Below, piece by piece: positions 30,115-38,623 of a DNA stretch of 53,241 nucleotides (within the stretch, counting starts at the first letter, position 1; every line of letters begins with the position of its first letter). Under the pieces are notes generated by a model. The model saw nothing but the letters and a program-made list of their open reading frames with translations. It was not told the DNA's origin and did no database searches. Where the stretch lies: the IMG/VR virus record IMGVR_UViG_3300046804_001071, positions 1 to 53,241 of that record. One strand, given 5' to 3'. This DNA is from a virus (lineage: Duplodnaviria; Caudoviricetes). The translations under genes were made by a program, and so were the position numbers.

Positions 30115-30526
30115 GTCGTTTCTTAATGTCTGTTGTACTGATCCCCTGGGTATATGGCACATAGATTAGTCCGATACCGCGCTCGTCGAGCCAATCCTGG
30201 GTGAATCCCATCTGCTTGTAGTAGTCCTTCTTCGCCCAGTCTGATCCGATGATAATGTAGTCCGGATCGACATCTTCAATCGCAATCGTAGAGTCTGCTC
30301 CGCCCGAGTTTGGGATTACAGCATAGACCCATTTGCAGGCCATCAGAATTTCTTCGCGCTCGGCGTAGCTCAGAACGGGTGGCTTCCCTTTATATTGCTC
30401 GATGAACTCGTCTGTATTTAGGGAGACAATCAATTTTCCGAGCGAGGCTGCTCTACGAAATAGTCTGTAGTGGCCGGGGTGCGGAAGATCAAAGGTTCCG
30501 CCGGTATAAATGATTAGATCGTCCAT
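30107..30526 (-). CDS. Cytidylyltransferase (TagD / glycerol-3-phosphate cytidylyltransferase-like)
   Basis: GGTFDLPHPGH, GSDW, YTQGISTT. Confidence 0.85.
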   Translation of the reverse strand: MDDLIIYTGGTFDLPHPGHYRLFRRAASLGKLIVSLNTDEFIEQYKGKPPVLSYAEREEILMACKWVYAVIPNSGGADSTIAIEDVDPDYIIIGSDWAKKDYYKQMGFTQDWLDERGIGLIYVPYTQGISTTDIKKRLN

Positions 30527-31350
30527 CAGTAATCTAGTTCTCTCTCGTGTATTAGATTCGGATACGCTTTAACTACTGGATACTCTACTGATCTAAATTC
30601 AGTTTCTTTTTCCGAAATAGCATCATAAATTCTTTGGATTGTGTCTTCGTTATAGCCCAGCAGTCCTACGTACTTTTTAAACATACTTTTAATATGTGTA
30701 CATTCTTTAAAGGTTCGTGTAGTGTCGTAGCTAGTTCCTGGAATAGTTTTCATCCACATATCCCAGTCGCGGTAGATTTTTTTGTTGTTATAGAGAACCC
30801 ATGATGCGTAAACTACGTCTAGGCAGTGTCCGCTAGTCATTTCATAAAAATCCATGTGCTTATTTTTAAATAGCCATTGGTAGTACTCGTAGATAAATAC
30901 TGCAAGTTCTCGTCTAAGGGCCACGTAGATACCATTGATCAGAATGGATAATCCAACTGATCCGTAGTATTTTTTAGACATTTTTATTAGTGTAGACATT
31001 CCATCAGAATAGTCACCTTCCATTCGAGGAGACATTAGCCAAACGTCTTTATCTGCCTCCATTAGATGTTCTATCCTTTTTACTGCCTTAGCTTGTTTTT
31101 CGCATATGGCATCTCCGGCATTAAAAATAAAGATTTCGTGATCAGTGTTTACAAAATCAGCCAGGGAATTGTAAAAGTGTCCGTAGTAACGAACCTTCTC
31201 CGCCACTACCCAATTGGGGCGTGGCTCCGGATTAGTTGATACATCGAATACAAGATAATCAAGACCGGCTGCAGATAGCTGAGCATCGACATCTAATGCA
31301 TTGTATAGAAGTTCATCCCAGGTGACTATGTATGTCTTACTTGTTGCCAT
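30526..31350 (-). CDS. Hypothetical protein, possibly a GT-A-like glycosyltransferase
   Basis: Coupled to the cytidylyltransferase; alpha/beta pattern with IFIFNAGD; weak call. Confidence 0.4.
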   Translation of the reverse strand: MATSKTYIVTWDELLYNALDVDAQLSAAGLDYLVFDVSTNPEPRPNWVVAEKVRYYGHFYNSLADFVNTDHEIFIFNAGDAICEKQAKAVKRIEHLMEADKDVWLMSPRMEGDYSDGMSTLIKMSKKYYGSVGLSILINGIYVALRRELAVFIYEYYQWLFKNKHMDFYEMTSGHCLDVVYASWVLYNNKKIYRDWDMWMKTIPGTSYDTTRTFKECTHIKSMFKKYVGLLGYNEDTIQRIYDAISEKETEFRSVEYPVVKAYPNLIHERELDY

Positions 31351-31352
31351 GT

Positions 31353-32552
31353 CTACTTAATTGGAAGTACGCTAATGAACTCTCGTGGATCGAAGTCTCC
31401 ACCAAATACCATTGTCAAAAGACCTGGCTTCGACTCTAGACCTGCACGGTCACGGAACCACTCTGAGCCTGGGTCTGTTGTTGGGCACTGTAGCCACAAA
31501 CGGTCTCCAATATCCATTGTGCGGAAGTTATGGAAGTGGCCTGATACCCAGATGTCTGCTAGACCTAGTGCGGTCTGACCTGCAGCCTGCCCTGATAGAT
31601 ACTTTAGAACGTTATTCTGGTTTGCCTGGTGGCCGTGGAACATACCGAGATGTACACCACAGATTTCGGTTACTAGCGTCTGGTGTCCAGATGCTGGATA
31701 ACGGAACTCTACGTGCTGTAGTGCAGGATTCTCGGCACAGGCGTCCTGAACTGCCGAGGCAATCTCTACGTTCCAGCCATCTGCCGGGTCTGTAGCCACG
31801 AAGCGTCCTGCTTCGTCGTGGTTTCCATTGATTACAGGGACAATCATGTTCTCGGCTAGCGGGGCTAGTGCCTTAATCTGCGACATTAAAAGGCGTCGAG
31901 CTACTCGAACCTGCTCTGTAATTCCCAGGTCGGAGGCAGCTTGGCCCTGTAGACGACCTCCCTGAGAGGTAGTTCCTTCTACGTGGTCGCCAGGAAGTCC
32001 TAGAGTGATGGTTCCTAGGTTTAGGCCCATCTTCTGATAGCTCTTGAATCGCTGAACTGCAGAGTCGGTCAGATATAAAATTCGATCAACCGACTGCTGA
32101 GTTCCTTGGCCTCCGGCCTTCTTACCTAGCTGCTGGTCCGCAGGAAATGCTGCAAAAGATCCTGAACCCGTGGCAGCCTTAGCTCCTCGCTCTGGACGCC
32201 ACTTCTTGATTTCATCAATTAGCTTCTCTGCATCTAGTTGATCCACATAAGAACCTCCAGCAGGAAGTAGATTAACGCGAACTGACTCTAGCCACTCGCC
32301 GTCGTGTTTCTGCCACTTACCGCGACGCATGGACGAGATGTTCCATTCGCGAGGGTCTAGTCCAAACTCTTCAATCACTGTTGAAGCGTCTGGCACTTCT
32401 GCCGAAGGACGTGGCTTAGAAATAATAAAGCCACCCTTTGCGGAGTCTATATCCATTCGTGGACGCCACTCTTCTGGGGTGTTTAGTGTCTTAAAGTCTG
32501 AACCCGAGTTTCCAGGTTTAGCTAAGTCTTCTAGTCGATCCGAAATTCCCAT
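31353..32552 (-). CDS. Calcineurin-like metallophosphoesterase (Mre11-like)
   Basis: ADQQ, GDHVE, GNHD, FHGH, GHFH; start probably ATG at 32552. Confidence 0.85.
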   Translation of the reverse strand: MGISDRLEDLAKPGNSGSDFKTLNTPEEWRPRMDIDSAKGGFIISKPRPSAEVPDASTVIEEFGLDPREWNISSMRRGKWQKHDGEWLESVRVNLLPAGGSYVDQLDAEKLIDEIKKWRPERGAKAATGSGSFAAFPADQQLGKKAGGQGTQQSVDRILYLTDSAVQRFKSYQKMGLNLGTITLGLPGDHVEGTTSQGGRLQGQAASDLGITEQVRVARRLLMSQIKALAPLAENMIVPVINGNHDEAGRFVATDPADGWNVEIASAVQDACAENPALQHVEFRYPASGHQTLVTEICGVHLGMFHGHQANQNNVLKYLSGQAAGQTALGLADIWVSGHFHNFRTMDIGDRLWLQCPTTDPGSEWFRDRAGLESKPGLLTMVFGGDFDPREFISVLPIK

Positions 32553-32554
32553 GA

Positions 32555-32821
32555 CTATTTGCCTACTCGTGTACACGCGCAGTCGCGTCGACGGTGTCGG
32601 TCCACTGCGCTATTGCTGATGTCATATCCTTCTTCACGCAAGATACGACCTAATGTTGTATTTGGAACGTGCCCCGCTGTGCCTGGGGCTGCTTTGAGTA
32701 CCGACTCTAAATTACTCTTGTCGGCAGATGATAGCTCTGGGTTAATCAAGAGATTGCCAATCTTGCATAGCTTGGCACTAGAGCTATTTTTTGCCGAGCT
32801 GAGTTTGTCTGAAATAGACAT
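32555..32821 (-). CDS. Small HTH/metal-binding protein upstream of the phosphoesterase
   Basis: CKIG...LGRILREEGYDIS.SAVDRHRRRDCAC; SD AAGGAG. Confidence 0.65.
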   Translation of the reverse strand: MSISDKLSSAKNSSSAKLCKIGNLLINPELSSADKSNLESVLKAAPGTAGHVPNTTLGRILREEGYDISNSAVDRHRRRDCACTRVGK

Positions 32822-32870
32822 GATACTCCTTACGTCTTGTTGTCATTAAGTATAGTACTAATTTTAGTTT

Positions 32871-33221
32871 TTAGCTGGCTTTTTTCTTTCTAGTTCTCTT
32901 TATTGGAGAAATTACTTCTGAAGGGTCCGTAGGTGTCAAGCTGGCACCTAGCACAAACTGTTTAATTAGTTCAATCTCTGTGGTTGATTTTACCACGTGA
33001 ACTTCGATATTGTTGACTCGATCTGCTAGAGAGCTTCCGCCGTTTTCCCAGAGCTGGTGCTCTACTCTGTCTAGGCGCTCGGCCAAAGTTCGGCCTTTCG
33101 CGTCGGTGCCGAGGGCTTGTCCGATTCTAGATACGATTCTGTATGTAGAGTAGACTCCGCCAAAGATGACACCGAGGGCGGTAATTACCGCGGCGATGGT
33201 TAAAATAAGTTCAGCTGTCAT
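32871..33221 (-). CDS. Single-TM membrane protein (holin/lysis-associated-like)
   Basis: N-terminal TM helix; RLDRVEHQL.ENGGSSLADRV. Confidence 0.6.
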   Translation of the reverse strand: MTAELILTIAAVITALGVIFGGVYSTYRIVSRIGQALGTDAKGRTLAERLDRVEHQLWENGGSSLADRVNNIEVHVVKSTTEIELIKQFVLGASLTPTDPSEVISPIKRTRKKKAS

Positions 33222-33360
33222 GGCCTATAATAGAAGTTCCGGGAAGCAATTAGGTTTGCTTTCTCTATTTTACCCTACTAGGGTCGTCCTTATTTGACGG
33301 GCTGTTAGTTCGAGCCGCCAATAAGTTTTAGGCAGTTGCCAATAATTTTTTGACTTTGAC

Positions 33361-33389
33361 TTGCAGCGTACTCTGTTCAGGTGTATGCT
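33361..33389 (+). promoter_or_regulatory. SigA-type promoter for the primase gene
   Basis: TTGCAG-N17-TATGCT. Confidence 0.6.
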
Positions 33390-33414
33390 GTTTGCATTAC
33401 CTATGGAGAGAACA

Positions 33415-33444
33415 ATGATTAAAGACGATTTGGCGGTGGCATAG
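33415..33444 (+). CDS. 9-codon leader ORF (MIKDDLAVA) coupled to the primase start
   Basis: SD GGAGAG before the ATG; its TAG overlaps the primase GTG (TAGTG). Confidence 0.4.
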   Translation: MIKDDLAVA

Positions 33445-36032
33445 TGGGCACCTGGGAATCAGCAGGAAACGGTCGACTAGGCAAAGGAGCCGACTGGTAT
33501 GCGAAGAACGGATGGGTGCTCTTACCTGTCCACGGAATCACTGAAGATGGCCGTTGCACATGCGGTAAGCCTCACGGGGACGCTAAAGACATTGGTAAGC
33601 ACCCGGCTCTGCACAACTGGAACACCGAGGCATCTTCTGACCTGACTCAGGTTGGTATTTGGTGGAACCAAAACCCTGACTACAACATCGGTGTTTTCTG
33701 CAAGCCTTCTGGATTTTTTGCAATTGATATTGACCCTCGCTCTGGTGGCGACGATGCCTTTGATATCCTTGAACAGCGAGCAGAGGGAAACCTGCCTCCT
33801 ACAGTAGAGGCTATTACTGGTGAGTACAACGTAAAGGGTAAGGTAGTTCGCGGTCGACACCTCATTTACCGCTGCGACCCTAACGAAAAGTTTCTAGGTA
33901 ACCTCTCTAAAGAGGGCCTAAAGGGTATCGATATCAAACACAACGGCTACATTCTTATCGCTCCGTCGCGCCACTTCTCTGGTACTACATATGACTGGAA
34001 ACCAGGCCACGCTCCATGGGAGATTGAAATCGCCGAGGCACCAGAAGAACTGCTTGCGGTTCTACGAGCCAAGGCACTTCGCCAGAACAGCGGATCTTCT
34101 TATAAGGATGGCAGCTGGGACTGGGTCTCTGAGCTAGAGTTTGGCGGGGAACGCGTAGATGTTCAGAAAGTTCTTGAAGAGGGAATTGATGAAGGCCACC
34201 GTGCGGTCGAGATTTATCGACTAGCCTGCGCCCTTGCCAATAAGTTTGGAACTACTCCAGACTCTCGCCTAATGATCGAGTCGATGATGATTCGCTTCAA
34301 TCACGAAATGGTTCGTCCCCCGTTAGAGCTAGAGGGCCCGAACTCTCTACTTATGCACACTCACCGTGCTATCGACTTTGTTGCTTCTAGCCCTAAGACC
34401 GACCGTATGTGGCCTGGACTTTCTAACTGGGAGCAAGGTCAAAAGTGGGCCGAGCAGTCTCAGGCAGAGACTGCTGCAAATGTGAGCAGCCAGGTTGGTG
34501 CTTCTATTACCGCATTGGTTGAGAGTGGCGTTTCGATTAGCGAGGCTTCTAGCCACGGGAACCTAGATATTCCAGACGACCCTGATGCTGTAAATCCGGA
34601 AGATGGTGGACGCCCTGGTTATCGAACTCTTACTGATGTTGGTAATGGTCGTCGTCTAGTTGACTCCTACGGAAGTGCTATTCGTTACACCCCCGGTCTT
34701 GGTTGGTTCCACTGGGATGGTCAGTACTGGAAGCCAGACTCTGAAGAGATCGAGATGCGAGAGCTTTGCAAAAAGATTTCTCCAATTATTGCTAGCGAGG
34801 TTTCGAACCACGGTGCTGGAGATGACCAGAAAAAGGTTGAACTTGTAAAGTGGGCAAACCAGGCTAAGTCAAACTCTCGAATCAATTCGATGATTATGAG
34901 TGCCAACTCTGACCCTCGCATCGTTGTAGACCTATCCCTATGGGATGGTAACCCTCAGCTGCTGGGCGTGGCTAATGGTGTTATTGACTTGAAGACTGGA
35001 GAGCTAATGCGAGGTCGACCAGATCTACACATTACAAAGCGTGCTCCAGTTACATACACTCCTGGACTTCGTAATACCCGCTGGGAGGAGTTTATTAACT
35101 ACGCTACTGGTGGAGACAAGGAACTTCAGGACTGGATTCAGCGTGCAGTTGGCTATACGCTCACGGGTCTCAGCAACCAGGATGTGTTGTTCTTAGTTTA
35201 TGGTCCAGCTGGTTCTGGTAAAAACACGTTCGTTGAAACTATCTTCGAAGCACTGGGTTCGGACCAGTATGCCGGAATTCTTCCTTCTCAGGAGTTGGCT
35301 GCTAATACTGGAAGCGTTAAGTCTTCTAGCGAATACTATATGGCTGCACTTCGCGGTAAGCGTATGATCTGGGTTGACGAGCTTCCTGAATCTGAGCGTA
35401 TCAATGAAAACCAGGTTAAGGCTCTTACAGGTTCGTCAACTTTGAATGGACGTAATCCTGGTGGAGAGCCGTTCAGCTTCAAGGCTCAGGGTAAGTTGTG
35501 GATTACCACTAACCACCGCCCTATCATTAATGATGACGCTATGTGGCGTCGTCTTCGTCCAATTCCTTGGCTACACGCAGCCGAGAATCCAGACCCAGAC
35601 CTAAAAGCGTATCTTGCTGATCCCGAGGGCGGGCTTCCTGCAGTCCTTGCATGGGCTGTTGAGGGTGCAATCAAGTACTTAAGCTCCGGCGCTCGTGACC
35701 CTCTCGGTTGGTGTACTGCTGTTCGTGAATCTGCCGAAATCTATCGAAAGAACGAGGACCGTATTGGTTTGTTCTTAGATGAAGAAACTCGTGAATCAGA
35801 CGGGACTTCTGTGCTTGTTAAGCAGCTCTACACCATCTATCGAATGTGGTCGGATGAGCGTGGTGAACGTCCTATGACTCAAATTGCCTTCCAGCGTAAA
35901 CTTGCTGATCGTGGTTTAGCAATTGTTGGTCAGGGTTCTCGTGCTGAAATCAAGCACCGCACCTTGGTTCCTCGAGTTGTTCAAAACAGTGAAGTTGACT
36001 GGGGAATCGCGACACGACTCGCACAGATCTAA
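33444..36032 (+). CDS. Bifunctional primase-polymerase fused to a D5/P4-type SF3 helicase
   Basis: CTCG...GKHP, NIG, IDID, GRHLIY, APSRH; TDVGNGRR, GPAGSGKNT, DE, TNHRP, AMWRRL. Confidence 0.93.
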   Translation: MGTWESAGNGRLGKGADWYAKNGWVLLPVHGITEDGRCTCGKPHGDAKDIGKHPALHNWNTEASSDLTQVGIWWNQNPDYNIGVFCKPSGFFAIDIDPRSGGDDAFDILEQRAEGNLPPTVEAITGEYNVKGKVVRGRHLIYRCDPNEKFLGNLSKEGLKGIDIKHNGYILIAPSRHFSGTTYDWKPGHAPWEIEIAEAPEELLAVLRAKALRQNSGSSYKDGSWDWVSELEFGGERVDVQKVLEEGIDEGHRAVEIYRLACALANKFGTTPDSRLMIESMMIRFNHEMVRPPLELEGPNSLLMHTHRAIDFVASSPKTDRMWPGLSNWEQGQKWAEQSQAETAANVSSQVGASITALVESGVSISEASSHGNLDIPDDPDAVNPEDGGRPGYRTLTDVGNGRRLVDSYGSAIRYTPGLGWFHWDGQYWKPDSEEIEMRELCKKISPIIASEVSNHGAGDDQKKVELVKWANQAKSNSRINSMIMSANSDPRIVVDLSLWDGNPQLLGVANGVIDLKTGELMRGRPDLHITKRAPVTYTPGLRNTRWEEFINYATGGDKELQDWIQRAVGYTLTGLSNQDVLFLVYGPAGSGKNTFVETIFEALGSDQYAGILPSQELAANTGSVKSSSEYYMAALRGKRMIWVDELPESERINENQVKALTGSSTLNGRNPGGEPFSFKAQGKLWITTNHRPIINDDAMWRRLRPIPWLHAAENPDPDLKAYLADPEGGLPAVLAWAVEGAIKYLSSGARDPLGWCTAVRESAEIYRKNEDRIGLFLDEETRESDGTSVLVKQLYTIYRMWSDERGERPMTQIAFQRKLADRGLAIVGQGSRAEIKHRTLVPRVVQNSEVDWGIATRLAQI

Positions 36033-36052
36033 ATAATGTGTTAGTATGTAGT

Positions 36053-36110
36053 GTGTTTCCTGGGAGAGGTAAAGCACCAGGGGGTCAGTTTTCTGGCCCC
36101 CTGTATCTTT
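36053..36110 (+). ncRNA. Candidate ~60-nt small RNA or attenuated leader; the second hairpin may double as the primase terminator
   Basis: -10 TAGTAT at 36042; hairpin with TGGGAGA loop; then CAGGGGGTCAG-TTTT-CTGGCCCCCTG-TATCTTTT. Confidence 0.4.
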
Positions 36111-36125
36111 TATAAAGAGGACTAC

Positions 36126-36890
36126 ATGCACATTAGAATCGCAACCCCTATGTACGGTGGGAACTGTAAGGGAATTTACGTAGACAGCATTCTAGGTCTA
36201 ACATTTCGACTTGCTCAGGCGGGACACCAAGTATCTTTTTCTAAGATTTATAACGAAAGCCTAATCACTAGAGCTAGAAATAACCTGGTTAGCGAGTTTA
36301 TGAATAGTGATGCGGATGTATTGCTTTTCGTAGATGCTGACGAAGGCTTCGAGCCTGGTGGCGTAATTAAAATGCTTGAAATGGATAAAGACATCATTGG
36401 TGGAATCTACCCGATGAAGAACTTTAACTGGGAAAATATTCGTAAGGCTGCCATTGCCGGTAAAAAAGATCTGACTCGTTACTCTGGGTTGTTTGCTATG
36501 AATCCGGTTCCTGGAACTACGCAAATCAACATCAATGAGCCGATGCCTGTTACTGAAGTCGGCACGGGTTTGATGGCAATCAAGCGAACCGTTTTTGAGC
36601 AAATGGAGCCGCACTGTGGCAAGTACGCAGTTAATGGGCCTGATGCTCAGTTTGATTTCAACAACATGGTGACTGAATATTTTGCAACCAGCATTACCGA
36701 AGAAGGGATTCTTCTCTCGGAGGACTATCACTTCTGCCGTAAGTGGCGTTCCATGGGTGGAGAGGTTTATGCTGCTCCGTGGGTAGTTGTTGATCACGCT
36801 GGAGAGTATATCTTCAATGGTCGATACGTCTCGGAACTAGAGCTAAATGCTGACCCTGTAGTAGATAATAAAAATAAAAAGAAGAAGTAA
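36126..36890 (+). CDS. GT-A fold glycosyltransferase-like protein
   Basis: IATPMYGG, NESLITRARN, FVDAD (DxD), GTGLMAIKR, LSEDYHFC. SD GAGGA favours ATG 36126. Confidence 0.75.
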   Translation: MHIRIATPMYGGNCKGIYVDSILGLTFRLAQAGHQVSFSKIYNESLITRARNNLVSEFMNSDADVLLFVDADEGFEPGGVIKMLEMDKDIIGGIYPMKNFNWENIRKAAIAGKKDLTRYSGLFAMNPVPGTTQININEPMPVTEVGTGLMAIKRTVFEQMEPHCGKYAVNGPDAQFDFNNMVTEYFATSITEEGILLSEDYHFCRKWRSMGGEVYAAPWVVVDHAGEYIFNGRYVSELELNADPVVDNKNKKKK

Positions 36891-37900
36891 TGACTGAAAC
36901 ACTTGTGAAGCTTGCCGCTTCGCGTGGTGGGAAGTTGGCTCCTATTGTTATTTCTGAGGGCCTTACTGCGGGAACTGGCTTAATGAATCCTTCGGTCTTT
37001 GTTACCGACGAGGACGAGATTTATGTAAATCTGCGCCACGTTAACTACACTCTTTTTAGTTCTGAAAACGAGCAGAAGTTCCCTAGCCGCTGGGGGCCGC
37101 TTGCCTATTTGCATCCGGAAAAGGATCAGACGCTTAGAACAACTAACTACATCTGTAAGTTAGATTCAGATCTTTCGATCATCGGATCTGGAGTTATTGA
37201 CACTTCTGATTTAGATGTAACCCCTCTCTGGGAGTTTATTGGTGAAGAAGATTGCCGACTAGTTAAGTGGGAAGGCAAATGGTACGCGATTGGCGTTCGC
37301 CGTGACACTACTACTAATGGCCAAGGCCGCATGGAACTCAGCGAGATTGAGATTGACGAAGATACTTGGACTATCAAAGAAGTCTCTCGACTTCGTATTC
37401 CAGCCCCTGGCGCAGATGACTCCTACTGCGAGAAGAACTGGATGCCAATTCTCGACAAGCCTTTCCATTTTGTAAAGTGGGCTAGCCCCACTGAGGTCGT
37501 TAAGGCTTCGCCAGATAAAAATGAATGTGTTCAGATTTCTCTTAATGATGGGATAGTTCCACCTAAAGACCAGCGTGGCGGGTCGCATGTTGTGGAGTGG
37601 AATGGTCACTATATTGCCTTTACTCACGAGGTTGATCTTTTTAAAAACTACTTAAACCAGAAGGACGGGATATACCGTCACCGATTGGCAGTCTGGGATG
37701 AGAATTTTAAGCTAATTGGTTTATCTCCGAGGCCTAGGACTTTCTTGGGCGGTCGCATCGAGTTTGTTGCTGGTGCTGCTAAGTATAAAAACGATCTACT
37801 AGTTAGTTTTGGATTTCAGGATAACGCGGCGTTTGTTCTACAAATGCCTGAAGATCTTGTTGATGGTTTGATGGCTGAGGCACTAGCATATGGTTACTAA
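36890..37900 (+). CDS. Five-bladed beta-propeller glycosidase/phosphorylase-like protein (GH130/GH43-like)
   Basis: NPS, EDCRL, EKNWMP, RGGS, HE, YRHR, IEFVAG, SFGFQD. Confidence 0.65.
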   Translation: MTETLVKLAASRGGKLAPIVISEGLTAGTGLMNPSVFVTDEDEIYVNLRHVNYTLFSSENEQKFPSRWGPLAYLHPEKDQTLRTTNYICKLDSDLSIIGSGVIDTSDLDVTPLWEFIGEEDCRLVKWEGKWYAIGVRRDTTTNGQGRMELSEIEIDEDTWTIKEVSRLRIPAPGADDSYCEKNWMPILDKPFHFVKWASPTEVVKASPDKNECVQISLNDGIVPPKDQRGGSHVVEWNGHYIAFTHEVDLFKNYLNQKDGIYRHRLAVWDENFKLIGLSPRPRTFLGGRIEFVAGAAKYKNDLLVSFGFQDNAAFVLQMPEDLVDGLMAEALAYGY

Positions 37901-38462
37901 TGAAAAGATAGAAAAACTAATCTTCGAACTATCTGAAGATTCGTACAATCCTTCAAAAAATTTAGAAATTGCTGTTGAGTATGAAAAGCTCGGTCAAACT
38001 GCATCGGCTGTTGCTTTCTATCTTCGTGCTGCAGAATACGGATACGATTCTCATCGGGATGTTGTCTACTCGGCCTTACTTAGAATTTCTATTTGTATGG
38101 ACGGTCAGATGGGGCGTGATTTGACGGTAAGTAATTCGTTGCTTCAGGCTATTGCATATCTTCCTACTCGACCTGAAGCGTACTTCTTAATGTCGGTAAT
38201 GTATGAAAGAAGCGGTCAGTGGCAGGAAAGCTACACGTATGCCGTTCTGGCTGGAATGTATGACCGTCAATTTTTTGACTTATCTGTTGATGTTGGTTAT
38301 TCGCCTTGGTACTCTTACAATTTCCAAAAAGCAGTTGCTGCTTGGTGGATTGGTAGACGAGAAGAGAGCCTTCAGACTTTAAGAAAGCTGGCTGCGGACG
38401 AGCGTTGCCCTGAAGTCTATAGAGCAGCTGCTAAAGATAACTTAAACCGGCTCGATAGTTAG
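37890..38462 (+). CDS. TPR-repeat protein
   Basis: AVAFYLRAAE, QAIAYLPTRPEAY, AAWWIGR. Confidence 0.7.
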   Translation: MVTNEKIEKLIFELSEDSYNPSKNLEIAVEYEKLGQTASAVAFYLRAAEYGYDSHRDVVYSALLRISICMDGQMGRDLTVSNSLLQAIAYLPTRPEAYFLMSVMYERSGQWQESYTYAVLAGMYDRQFFDLSVDVGYSPWYSYNFQKAVAAWWIGRREESLQTLRKLAADERCPEVYRAAAKDNLNRLDS

Positions 38463-38615
38463 TTCTTGCTGAACTCTGCGTTCACTTCCATAAGTGGATA
38501 GAAGATTAGTGTACTCCGGAGATGAGTTTATGCTCTCGATGTATGTTAATGCCTCTTCGTGTGTGTCCACTGTTGCTATTACTCTGGCCGTTGGCATCTC
38601 TACTACGTTAAACAT
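38442..38615 (-). CDS. 57-aa hypothetical protein downstream of the collagen fibre (not in ORF track)
   Basis: SD AGGAG; MFNVVEMPTARVIATVDTHEEALTYIE...IEPV. Confidence 0.55.
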   Translation of the reverse strand: MFNVVEMPTARVIATVDTHEEALTYIESINSSPEYTNLLSTYGSERRVQQELTIEPV

Positions 38616-38623
38616 CAAAACTC

